A stretch of 64,000 nucleotides of DNA from NCBI GenBank assembly GCA_045588345.1, contig JAZNDZ010000005.1, positions 1,138 through 65,137 on the forward strand, written 5' to 3'. Made by a program: the position numbers and the translations under genes. This DNA comes from Bacteroidaceae bacterium (lineage in GTDB: Bacteria; Bacteroidota; Bacteroidia; Bacteroidales; Bacteroidaceae). The notes beneath the pieces are model-generated. The model searched no databases. It was given only the letters and a program-made list of their open reading frames with translations, and had not been told where the DNA came from. Below, one piece after another: positions 1-9,504 of this stretch (the stretch's first letter is position 1; the number at the start of each line of letters is the position of its first letter).

Positions 1-501
1 GGTGACCAGATGGGCATGATGGCAACTGTAATCAACAGCCTTGCACTCAGTTCGGCTTTAGGCGCGGCAGGCGTGCCGAACAAGGTACTTACAGCAATAC
101 GCATGGAACCGGTAGGCGAGTTCTACACAAAGTGGAAAGCCATTGAGGCAATGGAACAGGGAATGGTCGTAATTATGGCTGCCGGAACAGGAAGCCCCTA
201 CTTCACCACCGATACCGGTTCATCACTGCGCGGCATTGAAATTGAGGCCGATGTAATGCTCAAAGGCACACGCGTTGACGGCATATACACAGCAGACCCC
301 GAGAAAGACCCGACTGCAACCAAATTCCAGGACATTTCCTACGACGAGGTTATCTCCCGCGGCCTTAAGGTAATGGACATTACTGCCACTGCGATGTGCA
401 AGCAGAACAATCTTCCTATCTACGTGTTCAACATGGACGTAGTAGGCAACCTGATGAAAGTAATGCAAGGCGAGGAAATCGGTACATTCGTACACCCGTA
501 A
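1..501 (+). CDS. pyrH: UMP kinase (uridylate kinase), C-terminal part; 5' end lies off the window
   Basis: The frame is open from base 1 (GDQ-MGMMATVINSLAL...). Motifs AAGTGSPYFTTDT and GTRVDGIYTADPEKDP are typical of the amino-acid-kinase-fold PyrH. A hairpin terminator follows. Confidence 0.9.
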   Translation, partial: GDQMGMMATVINSLALSSALGAAGVPNKVLTAIRMEPVGEFYTKWKAIEAMEQGMVVIMAAGTGSPYFTTDTGSSLRGIEIEADVMLKGTRVDGIYTADPEKDPTATKFQDISYDEVISRGLKVMDITATAMCKQNNLPIYVFNMDVVGNLMKVMQGEEIGTFVHP

Positions 502-527
502 GTGGGTTCTGAATCTTAAAGAGAAGC

Positions 528-556
528 GAGGGTGACCCAAAAGTCACCCTCTTTTG
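528..556 (+). terminator. Rho-independent terminator hairpin after pyrH
   Basis: Stem GAGGGTGAC (528-536), loop CCAAAA, stem GTCACCCTC (543-551), then TTTT. Confidence 0.6.
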
Positions 557-671
557 TATGAGGCGTGAATAAAAAGTAAAGTTCAAGGCTTGTGAAGGCT
601 TCAAAACCGCAGTTTACTAAGCGTAAATGAGGATTTTGAAGCCAAACGTAACGTAGAAATTTGCTTTTTAG

Positions 672-1439
672 TCACCCTCGTTTCAACAGCATCTCTACCT
701 CCTTGAATGCATAGCGCGAAAGAGTTCCATCACTGCGGCGAAGCAGAAGGTGCCCGGTAGGTTCAACCCCTTCGATAACTGCCATAAAAACGCCATCGGC
801 ATCAACATACTCACGCTGTTCGCCAAAGCCCAGCAGCAACTCACGATATTCAGCCTGAATCGCTTCTTTGCAGCCCCAACACATCTCGCTATAACAGTTG
901 CTGAAATTGCAAAGCACGTCGCGCAGCACATCTTCAACAGGAACATCCCTGCCCAACAGCATCTTCATTGAAACAGGCACCTTGTCCATTGGCGGGAACT
1001 CCGTCTGGTTCACATTCAGCCCAACACCTATTATCGCCTGCTCCACAAATGCACCGGAGTAATCGAGTTCCACAAGAATACCTGCCAGTTTTCTGTTACC
1101 CACATATATATCATTGGGCCACTTGAGCCTTGTTTCAATGCCATAACACTTCATTGCCGTATGAATGGAAACAGCAACAGCCTGCGAAATCAGGAACTGG
1201 TTCTTTACCTCAAGAGAATTTCCCGGGCGCACAAGAATGCTCATCAACAGGTTACACCCGCTATGCGACTGCCATACATTGCCGCGCTGCCCACGCCCCG
1301 CCGTCTGATGCCGCGCCGTGACTGCAACAATTTCCTTGCCACTCACCCATAGATTGTCAGCCTCGTTGCGCACATAGCGGTTAGTGGAGTCTACCACATC
1401 AAGGTGCTTTATTACAATACTACAAACCATACTTCGCAC
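672..1439 (-). CDS. birA: Biotin--[acetyl-CoA-carboxylase] ligase, group I (no N-terminal HTH)
   Basis: 255 aa. VDSTN lies near the N-terminus and a GRGQRGNVW biotin-binding loop is present. The start overlaps the upstream gene by 20 nt, so an internal Met 3 codons downstream is also possible. Confidence 0.85.
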   Translation of the reverse strand: MRSMVCSIVIKHLDVVDSTNRYVRNEADNLWVSGKEIVAVTARHQTAGRGQRGNVWQSHSGCNLLMSILVRPGNSLEVKNQFLISQAVAVSIHTAMKCYGIETRLKWPNDIYVGNRKLAGILVELDYSGAFVEQAIIGVGLNVNQTEFPPMDKVPVSMKMLLGRDVPVEDVLRDVLCNFSNCYSEMCWGCKEAIQAEYRELLLGFGEQREYVDADGVFMAVIEGVEPTGHLLLRRSDGTLSRYAFKEVEMLLKRG

Positions 1440-1767
1440 GAATTTTCTTCGGTAGTTTCTTCAGCACTTCGTTATATGAATGGTCTATCAACGAGAAGAA
1501 CAATGCATCGTCAAGCGCCGCAATATCCAACTGGTTCCAGTAACGCTTGTTCATGTGCCATGCCGGTTCTATCTGCGGATATTTGTCGCGCAGTTCAATG
1601 GCATAATCCGCATCGCATTTTACACAAAACCACTTGGTGTTCTCAAGGTCACATATCGCAAAAATCCTGTTCTCGACCCTGAATGCAAGTGTAGTTTCGT
1701 CGAATGGGAAATCCTCTGTAGCATTCTCCTTGCTCAGGCAATATAAACGAGCATCTTCAATATTCAT
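1420..1767 (-). CDS. MmcQ/YjbR family DNA-binding protein
   Basis: 115 aa. The N-terminus (ARLYCLSKENATEDFPFDETTLAFRV) and overall size match the YjbR-like family. Tightly packed with the flanking minus-strand genes. Confidence 0.65.
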   Translation of the reverse strand: MNIEDARLYCLSKENATEDFPFDETTLAFRVENRIFAICDLENTKWFCVKCDADYAIELRDKYPQIEPAWHMNKRYWNQLDIAALDDALFFSLIDHSYNEVLKKLPKKIRAKYGL

Positions 1768-1770
1768 AAC

Positions 1771-2133
1771 TTACCATGTTGCCGAAAAGGCATCCTCAAT
1801 ATGTTCTATTCTGTAGGGCTCACACTTGCCGATGACTGTAATGACATCGAAACGGAATTTGAGGTCAACGTCATATTTTAGTATATAGGCCTGTGCTGCC
1901 GATATGAGAAGCCTGATTTTCTTGTCAGTGACAGCATCCTCGGCATTGCCGTATAGTTCACTGGCACGACTCTTGACCTCAACGAAAACAAGCGTATCAC
2001 CTTGTTTGGCAATGAGGTCAATCTCCTTATGCCCCGAGCGCCAATTGTAATGGAGCACGGCATATCCCTCGTTCAGCAAGTAACGGGATGCAAGCATTTC
2101 GCCTTTCTTTCCCAACAGATTGTGTTGCGCCAT
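1771..2133 (-). CDS. YraN family (UPF0102) endonuclease-like protein
   Basis: 120 aa. YL...GY.VL..NWR...EIDLIA...TLVFVEVKSR is the characteristic PD-(D/E)xK-like core of UPF0102. Confidence 0.85.
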   Translation of the reverse strand: MAQHNLLGKKGEMLASRYLLNEGYAVLHYNWRSGHKEIDLIAKQGDTLVFVEVKSRASELYGNAEDAVTDKKIRLLISAAQAYILKYDVDLKFRFDVITVIGKCEPYRIEHIEDAFSATW

Positions 2134-2224
2134 GTGAGTTGCCTTTTTGCCATTTTATTGGCGAAGATAGCACAAGATGCGAGGAAAAGCAAAAGAAAAA
2201 CTTGCTTTTCCTTGCAATATGCTG

Positions 2225-2232
2225 TATTTTTG
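2225..2232 (+). promoter_or_regulatory. Bacteroidetes-type -7 promoter box (TAnnTTTG)
   Basis: TATTTTTG lies 27 nt upstream of the ATG at 2259. Only a partial -33 element (CTTG) is seen upstream. Confidence 0.4.
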
Positions 2233-2258
2233 CAACATACAACATCATCCCCCTGCAC

Positions 2259-2498
2259 ATGAGCGCAAAGAAAACCAAGATTCTCAAGGCCACCACAACA
2301 CGCACGCAACCCGTGCGCCATTCTCGCATTGTATGCCTTGTGAGCGAAGAGGAGATGAGAATCATTGACGAATACCTCAAGAAGTACCGCATCAGCAACA
2401 AAAGCAACTGGATGCGCGAGACGCTTCTTTCATTCATTTACAAGAACCTTGACGAGGACTACCCCACCTTGTTCGGAGAGCATGACATGCGCCGCTGA
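2259..2498 (+). CDS. Small conserved hypothetical protein, possibly ribbon-helix-helix-like
   Basis: The ATG at 2259 inside the longer ORF 2088-2498 gives 79 aa (MSAKKTKILK...VCLVSEEEMRIIDEYLKKY...). It ends 6 nt before tadA. The longer 5' extension overlaps yraN antisense and looks non-coding. Confidence 0.45.
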   Translation: MSAKKTKILKATTTRTQPVRHSRIVCLVSEEEMRIIDEYLKKYRISNKSNWMRETLLSFIYKNLDEDYPTLFGEHDMRR

Positions 2499-2504
2499 CC
2501 CCCT

Positions 2505-2936
2505 ATGACAGACATTGATTACATGAAGCAGGCGCTTATTGAAGCGCAGAAGGCATACGATGCCGATGAGGTACCCATTGGCGCTGTCATTGTATGCAAA
2601 GGCAGAATAATTGCACGTGCACACAACCTCACTGAGATGCTTAACGATGTTACGGCACATGCCGAGATGCAGGCAATTACAGCAGCAGCGAACAATATCG
2701 GAGGTAAATACCTTAATGACTGCACGCTTTACGTGACAGTAGAGCCCTGCCCCATGTGCGCAGGCGCTATCGGTTGGTCACAATTAGGGAAATTGGTCTA
2801 TGGTGCCGAAGATGAGAAACGTGGCTACCGTCGCTACGCACCCGATGTGCTCCACCCCAAGACCGATGTCGTGAGCGGAGTCTGCGCCGAAGAGGCAACA
2901 GCCTTGATGAAAAAGTTCTTCGCAAGCAAGAGATAA
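2505..2936 (+). CDS. tadA: tRNA adenosine(34) deaminase
   Basis: 143 aa. The CDA zinc motifs HAEMQAI and PCPMCAGA are present. Confidence 0.9.
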   Translation: MTDIDYMKQALIEAQKAYDADEVPIGAVIVCKGRIIARAHNLTEMLNDVTAHAEMQAITAAANNIGGKYLNDCTLYVTVEPCPMCAGAIGWSQLGKLVYGAEDEKRGYRRYAPDVLHPKTDVVSGVCAEEATALMKKFFASKR

Positions 2937-2968
2937 CTGCCGGCGTTGTCTGATTTAGTTTTCAGTAT

Positions 2969-3277
2969 TCAGTTTTCTTTTATCTCTTCAAAGTCAACGT
3001 ACTCGCCTTCGTCCTTATCAAAGATAACTTTCTTTTTCTTGTTCTCGCCCGATGCATTGTACCCGCTCCATTCAGAACGTCTTGTACCGCTGTCCGAAGC
3101 ATTGGCACGAGGTTTGCGTTTAGTTGTGCCAAAACCGAACATCATCTTTGCAATGGAAACAAACATTACAACTGCAAAAACAAATATCAGCAATAATATC
3201 AACAGTAGAGATACTGCAAAAGATAATGCAAAAGTCATTCCAACAAATCTAAAATAACAGATATAAATCAGGAACAA
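2969..3277 (-). CDS. DUF4834-like small membrane protein
   Basis: 102 aa with an N-terminal TM helix, a basic linker and a C-terminal EGEYVDFEEI. It sits next to pssA/psd, as is usual in Bacteroidales. Confidence 0.55.
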   Translation of the reverse strand: MFLIYICYFRFVGMTFALSFAVSLLLILLLIFVFAVVMFVSIAKMMFGFGTTKRKPRANASDSGTRRSEWSGYNASGENKKKKVIFDKDEGEYVDFEEIKEN

Positions 3278-3327
3278 TATTCAATGAATTAATGTTCCGT
3301 AAAAAACAGTCTGAGACCTGCTATTTC

Positions 3328-4038
3328 TTAGACAGCCTCACCCTTTAAGTGAAGGATTACAGAAAGGAGCAGATACCATGAGATGATTGCCACCGGAGCC
3401 AAAAAACCGAGCAACAGCATAGGCAAGCAGCAGAGAAGGAATATGTACCTTATCTTATTGCTCTTCCAACTGAAATTCTTGAACTTTAGCGAGAACATCG
3501 GTATTTCCGAAACGAGGAAATATGAGAAAAGACCTATGAGCGCCAGCAACAACAGCCAGCCGGCATTAAGGCTATTCAGCCATTCACCGCCCCCGGCAAC
3601 GAGCGATGACCAAAAAAGGGCATTCGCCGGAGTGGGCAAACCGATGAATGTGGATGTCTGACGTGTATCGATATTGAACTTTGCCAACCTGTATGCCGAA
3701 AACACAGCAATGAGGAATGCTGCATAAGGCAACACAGAAAGCACATCGCTCAAATAAGCCGGATAAAGCAGTTTGTGCTGCATGAACGAAAAGACTATTG
3801 TCGCCGGAGCAATACCGAATGTTATATCATCGGCAAGAGAATCAATCTGCACACCCATTGGGGAGGAAACACCGAGCAGACGGGCCACCATCCCATCAAA
3901 GAAATCGAACACGGCACCGACCACAATGAATGTCATTGCCAAATGGAAATCTCCTTTGAAAGCCATGACGCACGCTACACAACCTGAAAAGAGATTGCAA
4001 CATGTTATGGCATTGGGTATATGTTTCTTGATTGACAT
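3328..4038 (-). CDS. pssA: CDP-diacylglycerol--serine O-phosphatidyltransferase
   Basis: 236 aa multipass protein. The CDP-alcohol phosphatidyltransferase motif DFFDGMVAR...G...DSLADD is present. Confidence 0.9.
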   Translation of the reverse strand: MSIKKHIPNAITCCNLFSGCVACVMAFKGDFHLAMTFIVVGAVFDFFDGMVARLLGVSSPMGVQIDSLADDITFGIAPATIVFSFMQHKLLYPAYLSDVLSVLPYAAFLIAVFSAYRLAKFNIDTRQTSTFIGLPTPANALFWSSLVAGGGEWLNSLNAGWLLLLALIGLFSYFLVSEIPMFSLKFKNFSWKSNKIRYIFLLCCLPMLLLGFLAPVAIISWYLLLSVILHLKGEAV

Positions 4039-4047
4039 AAAGTCCTA

Positions 4048-4746
4048 TTATTTGAATTTCGCAATCACAGTTTCGTTACCTACTGTCTTTTGGTTCAGGA
4101 CAACCTTGATATCTGCATCCAACGGCAGATAAAGGTCAACACGCGAACCGAACTTGATGAAACCCATGTGCTGGTCAATGAAACACTCTTCGCCGGCAGC
4201 AGAATATGTCACGATTCGGCGCGCCATTGCACCTGCAATCTGACGTACCAGCACCTCGCGGCCGTCCTCCATTTCAATCACCACAAGCGAACGCTCGTTC
4301 TCGGTACTGGCCTTAGGCAGCCAGGCTTTATGAAATTTGCCTTTCTGGTGTTCCACACGCTTCACGACACCGTCTACCGGATACCAATTGGCATGAACAT
4401 TGAACGGGCTCATAAAAATAGAGACCTGCATTCTCTCATCCTTGAAGTGGTCCGGTTCAAATACCTTTTCTATAACCACGACCTTTCCGTCGGCAGGTGC
4501 AACGACAACATCCTCTACATCACCGGGGAATATTCGTTTGGGACTGCGGAAAAAGTTAACCATCAACAGATAAAGCACCAGCGAGAAAGCCGATACAATA
4601 GAATTAAGGATAATCCACTCGGGAAGAAAATACCACAGCGGGGCATTCACCAGGACTGCTATGATAAACGCAACAATGAGAATATTGGTACCCTCGCGAT
4701 GGATTCTGTAGTCCTTTAATTTTCTGATTCTTTTAAACTTTTTCAT
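4048..4746 (-). CDS. psd: Phosphatidylserine decarboxylase proenzyme
   Basis: 232 aa with N-terminal TM helices. The self-cleavage site context [14 protein letters not shown] is present. Adjacent to pssA. Confidence 0.9.
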   Translation of the reverse strand: MKKFKRIRKLKDYRIHREGTNILIVAFIIAVLVNAPLWYFLPEWIILNSIVSAFSLVLYLLMVNFFRSPKRIFPGDVEDVVVAPADGKVVVIEKVFEPDHFKDERMQVSIFMSPFNVHANWYPVDGVVKRVEHQKGKFHKAWLPKASTENERSLVVIEMEDGREVLVRQIAGAMARRIVTYSAAGEECFIDQHMGFIKFGSRVDLYLPLDADIKVVLNQKTVGNETVIAKFK

Positions 4747-4989
4747 AGATGTTAATCTATTTTTAATTTCACAAATGTAACAAGAAAATATTAAACGGCA
4801 AACAAAACAGAATAAAATAAGCCCCTTTTACATAATTTGCCCTACAGCGACACCAATGCAAGACGACAACACCGTGCAGTCGCGATAAAAATAGTTAATG
4901 TTGATAACTTTTTGCAATTACAGCAAAACGATATGGACAAAAGACATTATCTTTATCATGTCATAAAATAAACACAAAGCAAGAACGCC

Positions 4990-7900
4990 ATGCAAGATTT
5001 TGTTCACCTACATGTACATTCACAATACTCTATCCTTGACGGGCAGGCTGCCATAAAGAAATTGGTAGACAAGGCCATTGCCGACGGCATGAAAGGCATC
5101 GCCATAACCGACCACGGCAACATGATGGGAATAAAAGAGTTCTATAATTATGTGAGCAAGATAAACAAGGGCAAGAGCGACGATGAGAGGTTCAAGCCCA
5201 TAATCGGGTGCGAAGTATATATTGCTCCACGCAGGCTCAGCGACAAGGAAACCAAAGACGACCGCGGTTATCACCTTATTCTGCTTGCCAAGAACAAGCA
5301 GGGTTACCATAACCTTGTAAAAATTGTCTCAAAGGCATGGAGCGAGGGATATTACTACAACCCGCGAACCGATAAATTTGAACTGGAGAAATACCATGAG
5401 GGGCTAATATGCTGCTCGGCCTGCTTGGGAGGAGAAGTGCCACAACTTATAAAGAACGGCAATATTGACGCGGCAGAAGAGACTGTAAAATGGTACAAAA
5501 ACCTTTTTGGCGAGGACTATTACCTTGAACTCCAACTTCACAAAGCCACCGTAGAGAAGGCAAACCACGAAGTCTATCCCCTGCAGGTCGAGGTCAACAG
5601 ACACCTCGTTGAATTGAGCAGGAAGTGCGGGATAAAACTTATATGTTCAAACGACGTACATTTTGTAGATGAGGAAAACGCCGAGGCACACGACCGCCTC
5701 ATTTGCCTTAGCACAGGTAAGGACCTTGACGACCCTAACCGAATGTACTATTCCAAGCAGGAGTGGATGAAGACTAAGGCCGAAATGTGGGAAATGTTCA
5801 GCGACATTCCCGAATCAATGGCAAACACCGTAGAGATATGCGACAAGATTGAATACTACTCTATTGACAATGCCCCAATCATGCCCAACTTCGCAATTCC
5901 CGAGGATTTCGGGACCGAAGAGGGCTACAGGCAGAAATTCACCCACGAAGACCTTTTCAACGAATTCACACGTGACGAGAAAGGCAACGTAGTGCTCTCG
6001 CAAGATGAAGCCGAGAAGAAAATCAAGAAACTTGGCGGGTATGACAAACTATACCGTATTAAATTAGAGGGCGACTACCTTCGCAAGATAACATACGACG
6101 GAGCAAAGAGATGTTACAAGGAGCCTTTCTCCCAGGAACTCATTGACCGCATCGATTTTGAGTTGCACATAATGAAGACGATGGGTTTTCCCGGTTACTT
6201 CCTCATTGTACAGGACTTCATACGTGCTGCACGCGAGGAACTGGGTGTATCTGTAGGCCCGGGCCGCGGTTCGGCAGCCGGAAGCGTTGTGGCATACGCG
6301 CTCGGCATAACACGCGTAGACCCTATAAAATATGACTTGCTGTTTGAGCGTTTCCTTAACCCCGACCGTATATCATTGCCCGATATTGATGTGGATTTCG
6401 ATGATGACGGCCGCGGCCGCGTGCTGAACTGGGTAACCGAGAAATATGGACAGGAAAAGGTAGCACACATCATCACATACGGCACCATGGCGACCAAACT
6501 TGCCATAAAGGATGTCGCACGAGTGCAGAAAGTGCCGCTTGACATTTCAAACAAACTCTGTAAGGCTATCCCCGACCGTCTGCCCGATGGGCTGAAGATG
6601 AACCTGCAGAATGCAATCACCGCCGTGCCTGAACTGCGTGAAGCCGAGGCTTCGCCCGACCCACTGTTGCGCGACACTATAAAATATGCGAAGATGCTCG
6701 AGGGCAACGTGCGCAATACCGGCGTGCATGCCTGCGGAACAATCATCTGCCGCGACGACATAACAGACCATGTACCCATAAGCATTGCCGAGGACAAGGA
6801 AACCGGCGAAAAGATGCTTGTGACACAATACGAAGGCAGTGTCATAGAGGAAACCGGTCTAATAAAGATGGACTTCCTTGGCCTCAAGACCTTATCTGTA
6901 ATTAAAGAGGCGCTGGAGAACATACGCCAGAGCCTGAAGATTGAGGTAGACATTGACTCCATTCCCATTGACGACCCTAAGACATACGAATTATATTGCA
7001 AGGGCAGCACCATTGGAACATTCCAGTTCGAGTCACCCGGCATGCAGAAGTATCTGCGCGAACTGCAGCCAAGCACCTTTGAGGACCTCATTGCCATGAA
7101 CGCCCTCTACCGTCCGGGCCCAATGGACTACATCCCCGACTTTATACAACGCAAGCATAACCCAGCGCTGGTGCAGTACGACATTCCCTGCATGGAGAAG
7201 TACCTGAAGGACACATACGGCATTACGGTGTACCAGGAGCAGGTGATGCTCCTTTCACGCCTGCTTGCCGACTTCACACGCGGCGAGAGTGATACCCTGC
7301 GCAAGGCAATGGGTAAGAAACTCAAGGCCAAACTGGATGAGTTGAAACCGAAATTCATCAACGGTGGCAAAGCCAACGGACACGACGAGAAGATTCTTGA
7401 GAAGATTTGGGCCGATTGGGAGAAATTCGCATCATACGCCTTCAATAAGTCACACGCCACATGCTACTCATGGGTAGCATACCAGACAGCATACCTCAAG
7501 GCCAACTACCCGCCACAGTACATGGCCGGTGCCATGAGCCGCAACCTTGACAAGATAACCGAAATAACCAAACTGATGCAGGAGTGCAAGAGCATGGGCA
7601 TAAACGTGCTTGGCCCCGACGTGAACGAGTCGCGCCGTAAGTTCAGTGTAAATAAGAACGGTGACGTACGCTTTGGCCTGTGCGCCGTAAAGGGAGTGGG
7701 CGAAAATGCCGTACAATGCATCATTGACGAACGCGAGGCAAACGGTCCTTTCACAAGCATATTCGACTTCGTTGAGCGCGTGAACCTCACGGCCTGCAAC
7801 CGCAAGAACCTTGAATGCCTTGCTTTTGCAGGAGCATTTGACGAACTCCCGGGCGGCATCACACGCGACCAGTACGCAGGCACCAACAGCCGTGGCGACC

Positions 7901-8682
7901 AGTTCCTTGAGGCACTCATCAAATACGGCAACCTTTACCAGACCGACAAGGCCAATGCCAGCGCATCACTCTTCGGCGACACCGAAATGGCAGAGATTCC
8001 AAGACCCGAAGTTCCCGCCGGCGGCATTTGGAGCACCCTTGAGAGGCTTAACCGCGAAAGGGAACTTGTGGGCATTTACCTTTCGGCCCACCCGCTTGAC
8101 GACTACTCGCTAATCCTTAACGAGTTCTGCAACACAAAAGCAGCCGAAATGGAGAACATGCAGGCACTCATCGGGCGCAAGATTACATTGGGCGGAGTCG
8201 TTAGCGACCCTCCCCGCACCGGTTTCACAAAGAAAGGCAGCCCTTACGGAGTCGCCAAGATTGAAGACTTCTCGGGAACAGCCGAAATGTTCTTCTTAGG
8301 TGACGAATGGATGAAGAAGCAGAACTACTTTATCCCTGGTAACTTCCTTTATATAAAAGGCAGCTGCCAGGCGCGCAAATGGGACCAGACAAAACACGAC
8401 TTTGTTGTGGACAGCATAGAACTGATGCCTGAGATAAAGGACGACATAGTAAAGAGCATAACAGTATCGTTCGACATCATGTCCTTGACAGATGAATTCT
8501 ATGCAACAATCATGGATTACATAGAACGCCACCCGGGCAAGAGCAAACTCATATTCAAGATAAAGGACTATGAGCATGAGTTCTCCCTGGAACTTGCATC
8601 AAAGAACCGCGACATTGAAGTGACACAAGAACTGATAGATTATATAAAAGAGTTCGAGAATATTGAATATAAATTGAATTAA
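4990..8682 (+). CDS. dnaE: DNA polymerase III subunit alpha
   Basis: 1230 aa. N-terminal PHP domain (FVHLHVHSQYSILDG), palm/fingers motifs (PDIDVDF, GLLKMDFLGL-type IKMDFLGLKTL) and a C-terminal OB region. Confidence 0.97.
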   Translation: MQDFVHLHVHSQYSILDGQAAIKKLVDKAIADGMKGIAITDHGNMMGIKEFYNYVSKINKGKSDDERFKPIIGCEVYIAPRRLSDKETKDDRGYHLILLAKNKQGYHNLVKIVSKAWSEGYYYNPRTDKFELEKYHEGLICCSACLGGEVPQLIKNGNIDAAEETVKWYKNLFGEDYYLELQLHKATVEKANHEVYPLQVEVNRHLVELSRKCGIKLICSNDVHFVDEENAEAHDRLICLSTGKDLDDPNRMYYSKQEWMKTKAEMWEMFSDIPESMANTVEICDKIEYYSIDNAPIMPNFAIPEDFGTEEGYRQKFTHEDLFNEFTRDEKGNVVLSQDEAEKKIKKLGGYDKLYRIKLEGDYLRKITYDGAKRCYKEPFSQELIDRIDFELHIMKTMGFPGYFLIVQDFIRAAREELGVSVGPGRGSAAGSVVAYALGITRVDPIKYDLLFERFLNPDRISLPDIDVDFDDDGRGRVLNWVTEKYGQEKVAHIITYGTMATKLAIKDVARVQKVPLDISNKLCKAIPDRLPDGLKMNLQNAITAVPELREAEASPDPLLRDTIKYAKMLEGNVRNTGVHACGTIICRDDITDHVPISIAEDKETGEKMLVTQYEGSVIEETGLIKMDFLGLKTLSVIKEALENIRQSLKIEVDIDSIPIDDPKTYELYCKGSTIGTFQFESPGMQKYLRELQPSTFEDLIAMNALYRPGPMDYIPDFIQRKHNPALVQYDIPCMEKYLKDTYGITVYQEQVMLLSRLLADFTRGESDTLRKAMGKKLKAKLDELKPKFINGGKANGHDEKILEKIWADWEKFASYAFNKSHATCYSWVAYQTAYLKANYPPQYMAGAMSRNLDKITEITKLMQECKSMGINVLGPDVNESRRKFSVNKNGDVRFGLCAVKGVGENAVQCIIDEREANGPFTSIFDFVERVNLTACNRKNLECLAFAGAFDELPGGITRDQYAGTNSRGDQFLEALIKYGNLYQTDKANASASLFGDTEMAEIPRPEVPAGGIWSTLERLNRERELVGIYLSAHPLDDYSLILNEFCNTKAAEMENMQALIGRKITLGGVVSDPPRTGFTKKGSPYGVAKIEDFSGTAEMFFLGDEWMKKQNYFIPGNFLYIKGSCQARKWDQTKHDFVVDSIELMPEIKDDIVKSITVSFDIMSLTDEFYATIMDYIERHPGKSKLIFKIKDYEHEFSLELASKNRDIEVTQELIDYIKEFENIEYKLN

Positions 8683-8733
8683 AATTTATACATTCGCAAA
8701 AGAAAAAAACGACAACATCAAAACATTACAATT

Positions 8734-9051
8734 ATGGCAGTAAATTTGACAAACGACAACGCAAAGGAATTCATGGCAACAGAGTTGCCAATAGTACTTG
8801 ATTTTAGCGCAGCATGGTGTGGTCCTTGCAAGCAGTTGGCACCTATCATCGACGAATTATCAAAGGAGTATGAAGGCCGCATTGCTGTTGCAAAGTGCGA
8901 CATTGAAGAGGCCGATGAACTTACAATGGAATACGGAATACGCAACGTTCCTACAGTCATCTTCATCAAGAACGGCCAGATAGTCGATAAGTTCGTAGGC
9001 TCAAAGTCAAAGAGCGAGGTACAGGCTAGGTTCGAGGCACTAATAGGATAA
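8734..9051 (+). CDS. trxA: Thioredoxin
   Basis: 105 aa with the WCGPCK active site. Confidence 0.95.
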   Translation: MAVNLTNDNAKEFMATELPIVLDFSAAWCGPCKQLAPIIDELSKEYEGRIAVAKCDIEEADELTMEYGIRNVPTVIFIKNGQIVDKFVGSKSKSEVQARFEALIG

Positions 9052-9057
9052 GCAGCC

Positions 9058-9372
9058 ATGAACAACGATGAATTTGCAATGGAAGACCTCGATGACGAGA
9101 AGACCATTGCATACATACGCGAGCGCCTGCCGCAGCATTTGAAGGAGAAGTACAGCGACGACGAGTTCTACTACTTCCTTGATACTATCTACGACTACTA
9201 CGACAAGAGCGGCATACTCGACAGCAACAATGATGAGGTCGACATCGACCTCAATGAGATTGCCAAGTTCATAGCCAAAGAGGCGAAGAAAAACGGAATT
9301 GGCGAATTTGACCCCGAAGAACTCTACTTCGTAGTTGAAGGTGAGTTAGCATACAACGGAATACTCGACTGA
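9058..9372 (+). CDS. Hypothetical acidic protein
   Basis: 104 aa, D/E/Y-rich, starting 6 nt after trxA. No recognisable motif. Confidence 0.45.
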   Translation: MNNDEFAMEDLDDEKTIAYIRERLPQHLKEKYSDDEFYYFLDTIYDYYDKSGILDSNNDEVDIDLNEIAKFIAKEAKKNGIGEFDPEELYFVVEGELAYNGILD

Positions 9373-9456
9373 GTATTCCGTTGTATGCTAATTAACTTAT
9401 AGCAAAATAAGAGCCATAAATCACGCGACAATCTTTTTAAGTTGTATCTAAAGCAA

Positions 9457-9484
9457 GAGGATGACCCAAAAGTCATCCTCTTGT
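9457..9484. terminator. Hairpin between convergent genes (variant of the 528-556 hairpin)
   Basis: GAGGATGAC-CCAAAA-GTCATCCTC. The loop is the same as at 528, and the G-to-A change in the 5' arm is compensated in the 3' arm. Confidence 0.5.
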
Positions 9485-9504
9485 TCTCATATCAAATTAT
9501 CCTA

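Noticed and set aside
2088-2258. 5' extension of the small ORF upstream of tadA
   Set aside because: The extension overlaps the yraN start region and contains the TATTTTTG promoter box. The ATG at 2259 downstream of that box is more plausible.
4090-4719. 209-codon plus-strand ORF
   Set aside because: It is antisense to psd, which is supported by the self-cleavage site and its adjacency to pssA.
6195-7097. 300-codon ORF on the minus strand
   Set aside because: It lies entirely antisense within dnaE and has a Ser/Arg-rich low-complexity composition. It is a shadow ORF of a well-supported gene.
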